Assembly: GCA_049510745.1 (NCBI GenBank)
Contig: JBEKYR010000002.1
Span: 128,001 to 192,000, forward strand
DNA length: 64,000 bases
Reading direction: 5' to 3'
DNA from: Verrucomicrobiota bacterium
GTDB taxonomy: Bacteria > Verrucomicrobiota > Verrucomicrobiia > Limisphaerales > Palsa-1400
Both the position numbers and the translations under genes were made by a program. Shown piece after piece: positions 19,638 through 28,929 of the stretch (the first letter of the stretch is position 1; every line of letters begins with the position of its first letter). The notes beneath the pieces are model-generated. The model was not told the origin of the DNA and searched no databases. It saw only the letters and a list, made by a program, of their open reading frames with translations.

Positions 19638-20104
19638 TTCTTGGACATGGCGCGTTCTTCCATATCCTCCCTGAAATCCATAAGCACCTGAATTGGTACG
19701 GATTTATTGTAGAATTCATTATAGCTGTCTGAATCTTGTTTAAGTTGCCAACACGCATCGACTATATGGCCTCTCCTTTGCTGGAAGCTGTCAAACATAA
19801 ACGGTGGTGGTGCAATCTCCATATCGTACCACAAAAACAGTTGTATTTTCTCTCCGTTGGCCTTCGTTTCTTTATATCGGACAACGTGTTTTCGTCTCAC
19901 CTTTCGTCCGCTCGCGTCGATAGTGGTCTGGGTGCGCATGGCTTGGGTAATATCACCAGCCAACCTCGAAAGCTCATCCCTTTGAGGCGCTTTCCATCCC
20001 CTTTTAATTAGCCAGTCCGCGATTTCGTATGGGTTGAGCGCCCCATCTTTAACACTCCTTCTAAACTCATCAATCTGGCCCTGTAGCTGTTTGTTGTAAC
20101 TCAT
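19592..20104 (-). CDS. Hypothetical protein downstream of HigA-ImmA gene
   Basis: 170-aa low-GC ORF, starts 19 bp after the upstream stop. Confidence 0.7.
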   Translation of the reverse strand: MSYNKQLQGQIDEFRRSVKDGALNPYEIADWLIKRGWKAPQRDELSRLAGDITQAMRTQTTIDASGRKVRRKHVVRYKETKANGEKIQLFLWYDMEIAPPPFMFDSFQQRRGHIVDACWQLKQDSDSYNEFYNKSVPIQVLMDFREDMEERAMSKNYPTSEDDLGDDSEI

Positions 20105-20123
20105 ATTGTTCCTGTTCAGTAAC

Positions 20124-21251
20124 TTAGACTTGAGGCAATGGCCTTCCCCACCCATCGGTAATTGCTGCTGCGATAACCAAGTCGCGGACTTTAACAAGCA
20201 TTTCACGGTTATGGCTCCATCCAATTTCTTTCAGGTGTTGCAGTTGTCCATTAACAATACCAGGATGCACGCGGACAACTTGTGCAAATTGGTTTATTCT
20301 TTCTTTTGAATAAAATGGTCTGGTTCTTATGATGAAGGATTTTAGCTTTTCTTGTGGGATAAGCATTTCAGCACCTTCCCGATCCGCTCTTTCCTCAATT
20401 TCGTTGAAAGAACCGCAGCGCGATTCTCCAACTAGATCAGAATCGACGGATCGCTTGTCTCCATTTTTTATATGAGACAACTCATGCGATAGCGTATGCC
20501 AAAACCAGTCGATTCTATCGTAACGCAATGAGAGGACTATAACAGGCGCATTCGCTTCGAGCCAGAACGCCGCGCCATCAATCCTAGATCGTGGAAGAGG
20601 CTCTACAACCACAAGGCGAACGCCCAGTTCTGCCAATACCCTCGGCACATGGCGCACTGCCTCAGGAAATTGTGCGAGCGCACGAATTTCAGACAACCCA
20701 GCCTTAAATTTATCACAGTGAAATGGCCTAACATTGAGCACGGACGCAAGTTGACTCGCTTTTGTAACCCATGCCCGCTGCGCGGCAGTAAATTCCTCGA
20801 CACGTTCGGTTTGGCGGGCACTGGCTAAAATTTGTGGCTCTTCGTCAAGCGATTGGATCTTGAAAAATCGGCATAATTCAACTTCCAAGTCCGCTGGATT
20901 ATCGGTGTCCGCAATCCATTGGCGCTTCTGCATGTCTTTGATCGGAGCCACCTCGTAAAGGCGCGTCCGCCTCTGAATTTCACAATCGTCCAGCTCCAAA
21001 AGGGATAGGCGATAAGCATTTTCACGCTCCAGCCAAATTCCTGGTCCGGTGCCAAATGCGATACCGATTGCGACCGCCATTTCCGGTGTTAGAACCCGTT
21101 TTCCCTGCAATAATTCACTAACGATCGGAATATGGCGCCGGATAATCATGGCGAAGTCAGCCTGCGTCCAACCCCTTTGTTGGAGTTCAGCCTTAATGAA
21201 CTCGCCGGGCGATAATGGCTTTTCATCTGTCATCTCGATCAAGATTGCCAT
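20124..21251 (-). CDS. HigA-type XRE HTH fused to ImmA/IrrE zinc-peptidase domain
   Basis: SPGEFIKAELQQRGWTQADFA HTH; RYDRIDWFWHTLSHELSH (HExxH); low GC. Confidence 0.85.
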   Translation of the reverse strand: MAILIEMTDEKPLSPGEFIKAELQQRGWTQADFAMIIRRHIPIVSELLQGKRVLTPEMAVAIGIAFGTGPGIWLERENAYRLSLLELDDCEIQRRTRLYEVAPIKDMQKRQWIADTDNPADLEVELCRFFKIQSLDEEPQILASARQTERVEEFTAAQRAWVTKASQLASVLNVRPFHCDKFKAGLSEIRALAQFPEAVRHVPRVLAELGVRLVVVEPLPRSRIDGAAFWLEANAPVIVLSLRYDRIDWFWHTLSHELSHIKNGDKRSVDSDLVGESRCGSFNEIEERADREGAEMLIPQEKLKSFIIRTRPFYSKERINQFAQVVRVHPGIVNGQLQHLKEIGWSHNREMLVKVRDLVIAAAITDGWGRPLPQV

Positions 21252-21272
21252 AACCCCTCAAATCCGTCAATT

Positions 21273-21295
21273 ACTATCTTACGTAAAACGATAGT
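21273..21295. promoter_or_regulatory. Candidate autoregulatory operator of the HigA-ImmA gene
   Basis: ACTATC-TTACGTAAAAC-GATAGT inverted repeat about 20 bp upstream of the start codon. Confidence 0.4.
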
Positions 21296-21783
21296 TTTTT
21301 ATTTCCGAAAGACGTTGACAATCCTTGCCCGCGCAAGCATAATCAACGAGGCTCACAACGAAGGTCAAACCATAGTTTTCTCCGGATTTAGGTGCAAGTG
21401 ATTGCACTACAATTGATTACGATCGTCGTCGTTTGTCGCCACAGTCACCCACACTTGAGCTTATGAAAGCGGGCAAAAGATACCGTGGTTTTCTCCGATT
21501 GCTGATGAGCGCGTGCGGTTTGATTCACTGCGGCTTGACACGATTTCCGCCACGATTGGCAAAGAGAACGGCGAAGCAGCCGAAGATGCAATTGCCGCAA
21601 CAGAGCACGAAGATCATCCGCCTTCGCCAAGGCTTCGGCGGACAAGCAAAGAAAAAGACATAAGTTCCTCTCTTTGCGTTCCTTGCGGTGAAATATCGCA
21701 AAATCGCTCATTTCTGAGAAAACTCTCTCACCACGAAGGGCAGAAGATCACGAAGTTTTGAAAAGGCCCATCTGGATGGTTTT

Positions 21784-21811
21784 ATCCGTGTCCATCCGTG
21801 TCCATCCGTGG
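21784..21811. repeat. Short 10-bp iterated intergenic repeat
   Basis: ATCCGTGTCC ATCCGTGTCC ATCCGTGG. Confidence 0.8.
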
Positions 21812-22100
21812 TTGAGAATTGGGTTGCGGCTGCCGCGCTGCGTGTTCTGCGGGCGAAAATCTGGCCAGTAAAACCCGCATCTTCCATGCCACATCTCCTT
21901 TGGCCTCAAGCCGTTCCACGCTTTCCACTGCAATAACAGACAGAATAGCTTGCAAATACATCAAACTGTGTCATATTTCCCGCGTGTGAGCGCTCGCTCT
22001 TTGACATAAAGTGCAGCCGCCGGGGACCGCTCCTGTTCGCTCGCCGCAGGAGGCGCTCCAAGCCGCCAGCAATGGCGTCATTCACGACCGCCGCATGGCC

Positions 22101-22240
22101 AATCGCGCCGAATCGTGCCGAATCGTGCCGAATCGCGCCGAATCGTGCCGAATCGTGCCGAATCGTGCCGAATCGTGCCGAATCGTGCCGAATCGTGCCG
22201 AATCGTGCCGAATCGTGCCAAATCGTGCCAAATCGTGCCA
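22101..22240. repeat. Tandem repeat, 14 x 10 bp (AATCGYGCCR)
   Basis: Directly visible: AATCGTGCCG units with two AATCGCGCCG variants and three terminal AATCGTGCCA. Confidence 0.97.
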
Positions 22241-22327
22241 AAAAAAGAAAAATCTCAACCACGATTGATAAATCAGATCGCACTTCTTCCTTCATCCTTC
22301 CGCCTTCATACTTGCCCTGCAATCGTC

Positions 22328-24169
22328 CTAAAAGTCGGACATTTCCGCCGGGGGAAGGGCGGCCCGGAGGGCGTTGGTGATGGACACAACGTCGATGATT
22401 TCCTGGAAGATCGCCCCGGCCACTGGCGCCAACAACCCGCCCGCCGCCAGGAGCATGCCGCCCATGCTCAGAATCATGCCGCCCAAAACGCTCTGCAAGG
22501 CAATCGACCGCATCCGCCGGCTGATGTGCATGAATTCGTCGATCTTCTTCAACTCGCCTTCCATCACAATCGCGCCTGCGGCTTCGGCGGTCACGTCGCA
22601 GTTTTGACCGACGGCCAGGCCGACCGTGGCGGCCATCATCGCCGGCGCGTCATTAATCCCGTCGCCGACGTAGAGCGTTTTCGCCTGGGTGTTTTCGTGG
22701 CGAACGATGGCCAGTTTCTCTTCCGGCGTTTTTTCCGACTGAATTTCCGAGATGCCCAGTTGCGCGGCCAGGTAACGCACTTCCGCGTCGCGGTCTCCCG
22801 AAAGAATCATGATGCGGTTGAACTGATGTTTGGGGCCGAGATGTTTGATAAACGGCAGCCCGTCGGCCCGCGGCGAGTCGTGGAAGCGATAGCTGGCCGC
22901 GTACTTCTTGTTGACAAATACGACGCATTCCAGTCCCTCCCCCGGCGGCGGGAGGTGCTCCAGGCCCGCAACCGGCTGGGCCAGCGCCTTCCGTCGGCTG
23001 GTGATTTCAATTCTCTCCCCGCCCACCGTTCCCGCCAGGCCCTGACCCGGCGCTTCGGCCACCTCGGCCACCTCCTGCAAAGCCAGATGCTTCTCTTTCG
23101 CCGCGGCCAGAATCGCCCGGGCCAGGGGATGGCGGGAATAGAGTTCGAGGCTGGCGACCTCCGCCAAAAGTTTCTCCCCGGAAACGCCCGGCCCCGCCAA
23201 TTGTTCGGCCAGCCTTGGCTCGCCGTAGGTCAACGTCCCGGTCTTGTCAAAAATCACCGTGCGGCATCGGTCCACCTGCTCCAGGACAATCGGATTCTTG
23301 ACAACAATGCCGTGCCGGGCCGCCAGGGAAATCGAGCCGATGATGGCGACCGGGATGGCAATGAGGAGCGGACACGGCGTCGCCACCACCAGCACCGCCA
23401 GGAAACGGATCGGATCCCCGCTCAAGCCCCAGGCCAGCAGCGCCACCGTCACCGAAAAGGGCGTGTACCAGGCGCCCAATTGATCGCCCAACCGCCGCAG
23501 GCGCGGACGGTTTTGCTCCGAAGCCCGCATCACCTCGGTGATCTTGGCGTAACGCGAATCGACGGCCAGCTTGGTCGCCGTAATGGTCAGGGCCGATTCG
23601 CCATTGACCGCGCCGGAGATGACCGCCGACCCGCGCGCCTTGGAAATCTCGAAAGGTTCGCCGGTCAGGAACGATTCATCCATTCTGCCGTGCCCGGACG
23701 CCACCACGCCGTCCACCGGACAGATTTCATGGGGGAAAATGGCCAGGGTATCACCCAGGCGGATCTGATCCACCGGGATGTCCTCCAATTTGCCGTCCCG
23801 CTGGCGATGGGCGACGGACGGCATCCGGCTGGCGAGGGCGCGCAGGACCGAGGAGGCGTTCTTGACAGCGTAAGTCTCCAGGACTTCACCGCCTGAGAGC
23901 ATCAAGACGACAATCGTGCCGGCCAGGTATTGTCCCAGGGCGACCGAGACAACGATGGAAATACCGGCGAGCAAATCCGAGCCGAATTCACCCTTCACCG
24001 CCTTCTTCAGCAAATCACCGATCAGCGGCGCGCCGCCCAGGATCAGCGCCGCCAGCAGGATTCCCTGGCTCGGTCCCGGCCCCGCGTGCCAGCCAAAGCG
24101 CATCATCAAATGAACGGCAATGGCTGCCAGGGCAAACACCGCAATGACCGTGCTCTTCCGATATTTCAT
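22328..24169 (-). CDS. Heavy-metal P-type ATPase, P1B-5-like
   Basis: TGE, TPCP membrane motif, DKTGTLT, HP, GDGINDAP and QEIID in the last helix; no N-terminal metal-binding domain. Confidence 0.9.
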   Translation of the reverse strand: MKYRKSTVIAVFALAAIAVHLMMRFGWHAGPGPSQGILLAALILGGAPLIGDLLKKAVKGEFGSDLLAGISIVVSVALGQYLAGTIVVLMLSGGEVLETYAVKNASSVLRALASRMPSVAHRQRDGKLEDIPVDQIRLGDTLAIFPHEICPVDGVVASGHGRMDESFLTGEPFEISKARGSAVISGAVNGESALTITATKLAVDSRYAKITEVMRASEQNRPRLRRLGDQLGAWYTPFSVTVALLAWGLSGDPIRFLAVLVVATPCPLLIAIPVAIIGSISLAARHGIVVKNPIVLEQVDRCRTVIFDKTGTLTYGEPRLAEQLAGPGVSGEKLLAEVASLELYSRHPLARAILAAAKEKHLALQEVAEVAEAPGQGLAGTVGGERIEITSRRKALAQPVAGLEHLPPPGEGLECVVFVNKKYAASYRFHDSPRADGLPFIKHLGPKHQFNRIMILSGDRDAEVRYLAAQLGISEIQSEKTPEEKLAIVRHENTQAKTLYVGDGINDAPAMMAATVGLAVGQNCDVTAEAAGAIVMEGELKKIDEFMHISRRMRSIALQSVLGGMILSMGGMLLAAGGLLAPVAGAIFQEIIDVVSITNALRAALPPAEMSDF

Positions 24170-24200
24170 CAGGTCTGAAAATCATACCGCGTGCCGTCCC

Positions 24201-26327
24201 TCAAAAGCGATACCGCAAGGTGGCATAGATAAGACTGGCGCCATAGTCGGCGTTCCCGCCCGAAGCCGCGTCGAGATAGCGGAAGTATCCATACTTCAAC
24301 GACAGGCGGACCCTTTCGCTGATCCGCCGGGTGAGCGTGGCCGTGATGGAATGCTCCTGCCCGCCGGCCCCGTAAGGAACCCCGGCCGGAGAGTTGTCGC
24401 TGTAATCATCCGCTTGATAGTAGAAATAACTCACATTCAGGTCTGTCTTGTTGTCCAGAACCAGCCCGGAAGAAAAGTTCACCGTCCAGTAGTTGTTCCG
24501 GGCGTCGAGGATGGCCTGGGTGACCTCCGACGCCGGGGTCGCCGTGTCGCTCAAGACATAATTGAAACCGGCTTGCAGGCATAACCGGGACCAAGGCGTC
24601 CAACTGATGTCCTGCGCGAGGATGTGAGTTCTCATGGTCGCGGACTCCACGTCGGGCAGGCCGGCGAGGGGATCGGGCGCCGTGTGGATGGTGGACCATT
24701 GATATTCATAGCGGCTGACCAGGCTCACGTTCTGCAAGGGTCTCAAAGTCAGCCTGAAGTTTCCGTCATAGGTCGCGAACTTCTGCATCTCCAGATACCC
24801 CGGGTACCGGTTTGGACTGTTATTGGGCGTGCTGTCCAGCGAACTGCCATAGTGGTAAACGTCAAGTTTGTAGTAACCGCCGGCATCAATGGTGATGCGG
24901 CGCGAGGGATACCACCTGGCCCCGGCGGTGTACTTCTGGATGACGTTCCGGTTGTCGGTCGCGCTTTGCACGGCCGGAAGCCCAATGCCGCCGACCGGGA
25001 TCAATCCGCCATATTGATCCAGGTTTCCGTCCACTTCGGTCAAATCAAGGCAAGCGTGGAGCACCCAATTGGTGAACCCTCTGTAGGCGAGGTCAATCCG
25101 CCCGCGCACATCGAGATCGCCGGCGTCGCTGTTGGCGGCAAAGGCCACAGGCAGGGCGGCGCCCAGGGTTTCAAACCCGCCGGAGTCCGCCGTCCAATCA
25201 TCCTTTTGCACGCGCACGGAAGGGATGACGGTAAGATAAGGAGTCGGTTTGTAGAGGAGGTTAAGATCCATCACGTATTCCTGCAGGCTCGAGCCGCCGC
25301 TCAAGGCGAAGTAGCCGAAGCCATATTGGGCGTTGGGCACGTAACCAACATCGAAGTCAGACCCGTAAATGCGGCTGCCGGAGAAACTATTATCCAAGTG
25401 CGAGTAGGAGAAGCCGGAGGAAAACAGGAGATTGGTTCGGACCCAGGTTTCCGTGAAGGTATGGACATCAAACACGTCATAGTGGGTGTCTTGCTGGCTG
25501 GTGATCTTTTGTTGGATGGGTTCACCCGGGAATTGGGTGATCTTCAGAGCGTCGTCCAACTTTCCCGTCTCGTAGTGCAGCCCCAGGCCCAAGTCCGTTT
25601 TCTTGACGTGGTCGGACAGGTCGAGCTGAAAACTGTCGGCATGCTCATGGATCTCGGAAACCGTCGGACTAAGTCCTTGCGTCACCGTGCTGCTCGCCGG
25701 ATGGGTGTCTCCCCAACTGGTGGAATCCTCTTCACCTTCCCGGAAGGTGTGCGTGTACTTGAAGACGGCGTTGATCCCCTTTTCCGGTGTCAGGCCCCCT
25801 TCCAGGGAAAAAGCCCCGCGATCCAGCCCGAGCGCATTTTTCGACAGCGGATAGTTCATGTCCGAAGGCGGGAAAAAGCCGCCATCCCCATCCGACCAGG
25901 TGCGGAATTCACTGTAGGAAAGGCGTAGAAAGCCGGTCTTCTCACGCTCGATGTCCAGCTTCAATTTGTAGTCGTGCTCATCGGCAATCGCCCGCCCGTC
26001 CAGGGTCAGCGTGGTGGTCTTGTCGAGATTGGTACCGTAATGCAGACCCGCGATGCCGCCAAAAGCCGCGCCCGAGATCTGGTGCTGCTGTTGGAAGCGG
26101 GCCTGGTTGCCGCTGCTCAGAATCCCGCCGGTGGAAAACTCGATCCAGTTGTTGTAGGAGTTTGATCCTCCCTCGAACATCTGCTCCGGGGTCAGCGGAG
26201 CGGGAACGGCCGCCGGCGGCGCGTTGGTCTCAGCCGCCACAACGGTGGACACCGCCGCGCCCAGAACCAGCAGCCACACCCCGCACCGGCGAATTTGTTT
26301 ATCCTGGAAAGGGGGGGTGGATTTCAT
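24201..26327 (-). CDS. Large outer-membrane beta-barrel porin (MtrB/PioB-like)
   Basis: Signal peptide, about 700 aa of amphipathic beta strands, C-terminal YATLRYRF; immediately downstream of DmsE-like gene. Confidence 0.78.
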   Translation of the reverse strand: MKSTPPFQDKQIRRCGVWLLVLGAAVSTVVAAETNAPPAAVPAPLTPEQMFEGGSNSYNNWIEFSTGGILSSGNQARFQQQHQISGAAFGGIAGLHYGTNLDKTTTLTLDGRAIADEHDYKLKLDIEREKTGFLRLSYSEFRTWSDGDGGFFPPSDMNYPLSKNALGLDRGAFSLEGGLTPEKGINAVFKYTHTFREGEEDSTSWGDTHPASSTVTQGLSPTVSEIHEHADSFQLDLSDHVKKTDLGLGLHYETGKLDDALKITQFPGEPIQQKITSQQDTHYDVFDVHTFTETWVRTNLLFSSGFSYSHLDNSFSGSRIYGSDFDVGYVPNAQYGFGYFALSGGSSLQEYVMDLNLLYKPTPYLTVIPSVRVQKDDWTADSGGFETLGAALPVAFAANSDAGDLDVRGRIDLAYRGFTNWVLHACLDLTEVDGNLDQYGGLIPVGGIGLPAVQSATDNRNVIQKYTAGARWYPSRRITIDAGGYYKLDVYHYGSSLDSTPNNSPNRYPGYLEMQKFATYDGNFRLTLRPLQNVSLVSRYEYQWSTIHTAPDPLAGLPDVESATMRTHILAQDISWTPWSRLCLQAGFNYVLSDTATPASEVTQAILDARNNYWTVNFSSGLVLDNKTDLNVSYFYYQADDYSDNSPAGVPYGAGGQEHSITATLTRRISERVRLSLKYGYFRYLDAASGGNADYGASLIYATLRYRF

Positions 26328-26347
26328 CGGCGTCAGGGCTGGGGGGT

Positions 26348-27208
26348 TTAGAATCGCAACGAGGGGCTGACACGCGAACCATGCACGGCCTCGTGACAGC
26401 CGGCCGTCCAGCAGGTGCCTTGCTGGACACGCAACGTGTGGTCAGAGCCGCCGATGAGAAGCTGGCCCCCGCTCACCTGCTGGAAGTGGCATTTCAAGCA
26501 CAGGTTGGCGTTGCGCGCCGTCAACAGTTTGGCATTGACCGACCCGTGCGGAGCATGACAGGCGGTGCATCCCTCGCGCATGGCCTCGTGCGTGAACACG
26601 TAAGGCCCGCGCTGGGCGGGATGGCAGCGAAAGCAGCTTTCGTTTTGGGAGAGGAGCGCGGTGCCGCCCCCGATATAAATGGAGCCTTTGTGCGGCGAGT
26701 GGCAGTCGGTGCAGCCCAATTTGTCTTCCGTCACGGGATGATGGGTGGGAAGGCTAAACTGGCCGCGCACATCGGCGTGGCACTGGAAGCAAACCGTTTC
26801 CGTCGCGCGGGGCGGCCGGACAGCGGCGCGCGCGCCAAAGCTGTCTGATTTGGAGCGTCCCGACGTGAAGCTATAGGGAGGCAGCACCTCGCCGCCGGAA
26901 TCCGAGTGGAGGCTGCACGGTCCGTGGCAGGATTCGCATCCGGCGCTGATCGCATTGGTCCCCTCCGCTATCAAACGGGCGTGATCGGCCGTGGCGAATC
27001 CTTTGTAGATTTGTTCGTGGCACTGTTCGCACTCCTTGGAACCGATGTATTTTGCCCCGGGCACGTCCGGCAACACCACCACGGAACGGCTCACGGTGCC
27101 GCAGGAAATCACCAGCAGGAGCAGGACCATCGGGACGGCCGCCAGCGCCAGCGCCCGCGCCCACGCCGGGCCGCGCTTTGCCAGTCTGCGGAAGTTGCAA
27201 TTGCTCAT
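26348..27208 (-). CDS. MtrA/DmsE-like multiheme cytochrome c (7 CxxCH + CX4CH), possible lipoprotein
   Basis: HHPV..GCTDCHSPH, QRGPYVFTH, CTACHAPHGSVNAKLL, CWTAGCHEAVHGS; VISC lipobox-like signal. Confidence 0.85.
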   Translation of the reverse strand: MSNCNFRRLAKRGPAWARALALAAVPMVLLLLVISCGTVSRSVVVLPDVPGAKYIGSKECEQCHEQIYKGFATADHARLIAEGTNAISAGCESCHGPCSLHSDSGGEVLPPYSFTSGRSKSDSFGARAAVRPPRATETVCFQCHADVRGQFSLPTHHPVTEDKLGCTDCHSPHKGSIYIGGGTALLSQNESCFRCHPAQRGPYVFTHEAMREGCTACHAPHGSVNAKLLTARNANLCLKCHFQQVSGGQLLIGGSDHTLRVQQGTCWTAGCHEAVHGSRVSPSLRF

Positions 27209-27283
27209 AACGTTTCAGCTTCTCGTCCCTCAGCCATGCAGCCCGGCGCCGCCGGCGTCAAGCCGTTCTTCGCGCCGGGCGTT

Positions 27284-28879
27284 TTACGGGCCAAACTCAT
27301 CGTAAATCCAGTCTTCCGCGGCATCCAGAAGGTCTATGGCATAAAATGCGTTGTGAACGCCAAAGCTGCCGTCGTTCAGCACCAGGTAGAGGTTGAACCG
27401 TGCCTTCCGGATGTTTTCTGGAAGCAGTTGCTGCTCGGCTGCACTCGGCCCCGGCCCGCCCGAGGACAGGCTGCCCGGCGCGGTGTATTCCCAGGCCCGG
27501 TTCCCATACTTGGCGTACAACGACCCCGGGGCCAGGTTGGCCGCCCAATAGTCCAAATCGGATTGCAACTGCTGAATCCGGTTTGTCACCGCGCCCATCA
27601 CGTCTCTGGCGAACGCTTGAGGGTTGTTGGGGTGGCAGGACAGGCAAAAATTGTAACTTTTCACCTTAAAGCTGTGACCCGTCACGGCCGGCAGGGTCTC
27701 GCTCGTAAAGGGTGTAGTCTGCATATGGCATCCGATACACTGGTTGGTGATTAACAGGGCGTGGGGACCGGGTTGGTAATGGGGAAGCCCGGATTCCAAC
27801 TCGCCGACGGTGCCCAGCAGCATGTTGTACTGCGGAGAGTGGTGCGGCTCGCTCACGCTATTGGTCCACGACGCGCCCGCATGATTGTGGCACTGGGCGC
27901 AAATGTTGATCTTGGGATTGTACTCCTTGGCGAAGGCGCCATTGGTGGGCATGAAGTAATCGTTCGTGGAGGCGAGAGGATTGCGCAATTGCGCGGGATT
28001 GGCGTTGGTCTGATGCGGATCGTGGCAGGTGGCGCACACAATCCCGATATCTGCATCACCTTTTGGCAACGCGGTTTTCTCCAGCAGGGCCAAGCGCACC
28101 GACCCGGAATGACACCGGCCACAACGATTGATCCGGCGGGCGGGATTCATATCCTCGACCACTTGCGCATGGGCGCTGTTCGTCCACTCATCGTACGTGG
28201 GATGGCGTGGATCGTTATGACACCCGCCGCAGACGGTGGCGGCCACTTCGGCCCGCGGCCTGACCGACGGATCATCGGGATTGGCCGCATGATTGGCCGC
28301 CGGGCCATGGCAGTTCTCGCATTGAACGCCGGCCAGGTGCGGTGTTTCGGTGTCGCTGACAAATCCGGTTGGCGCATCAAATCCCACTGTGTGGCAAGCC
28401 AGACAAGAACTGTTGGTCTGGCCTCCGTCAGCCTCAAACCTTGCGTTGGCGAACGCGGCTGCGTGAAGGGTGTGGATCGTCGTTTTCAGAATGGGCGCAT
28501 GGCATTCCGCGCAGGTCTGAGACCCGGTGTATCTGGGTGCTGGGCCGGCGACTCGAAAGAAAGCGTTGCTATAACGGGCTGGGACGGTGGCGGTCCGGCG
28601 TAAGTTGTTGTGTCCGGTTAGAGCCTTCCAAACGGGATTATTCGAGCTTTGCGCCTCAAACAATTGGTAATAACCCGATGGACCATCCCATGTGACCGTC
28701 ACGCCGTTCGTGACCAGATTGATTCCCGTAATTATCGGCACTGCGGGCATCCCGCCGGAAACCGGGATGCTTAGATGTTGAACATTCTGCGCGCTGGCGC
28801 AGATGCCAGCCATCAGCGTAACCCAAACCGCAAGAAAGGAGGCCGTCCGGTCAATTAAGAGGAGTCCTGTCCTATTCAT
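27284..28879 (-). CDS. Secreted nine-heme cytochrome c
   Basis: Signal peptide; 9 CxxCH; N-terminal small beta domain ending NAFFRV; DGSFGVHNA near C-terminus. Confidence 0.85.
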   Translation of the reverse strand: MNRTGLLLIDRTASFLAVWVTLMAGICASAQNVQHLSIPVSGGMPAVPIITGINLVTNGVTVTWDGPSGYYQLFEAQSSNNPVWKALTGHNNLRRTATVPARYSNAFFRVAGPAPRYTGSQTCAECHAPILKTTIHTLHAAAFANARFEADGGQTNSSCLACHTVGFDAPTGFVSDTETPHLAGVQCENCHGPAANHAANPDDPSVRPRAEVAATVCGGCHNDPRHPTYDEWTNSAHAQVVEDMNPARRINRCGRCHSGSVRLALLEKTALPKGDADIGIVCATCHDPHQTNANPAQLRNPLASTNDYFMPTNGAFAKEYNPKINICAQCHNHAGASWTNSVSEPHHSPQYNMLLGTVGELESGLPHYQPGPHALLITNQCIGCHMQTTPFTSETLPAVTGHSFKVKSYNFCLSCHPNNPQAFARDVMGAVTNRIQQLQSDLDYWAANLAPGSLYAKYGNRAWEYTAPGSLSSGGPGPSAAEQQLLPENIRKARFNLYLVLNDGSFGVHNAFYAIDLLDAAEDWIYDEFGP

Positions 28880-28929
28880 ACACGACTAACTCCATGGATG
28901 GATAGGAGCATTCGATCAGCATCCCGCCC

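Noticed and set aside
22101..22240. CRISPR array
   Set aside because: Contiguous 10-bp units with no unique spacers and no cas genes
21906..22380. Repeat-containing ORFs (HDSARFGTIR / NRAESCRIVP)
   Set aside because: Translations of the stop-free 10-bp DNA repeat in several frames; no independent sign of coding
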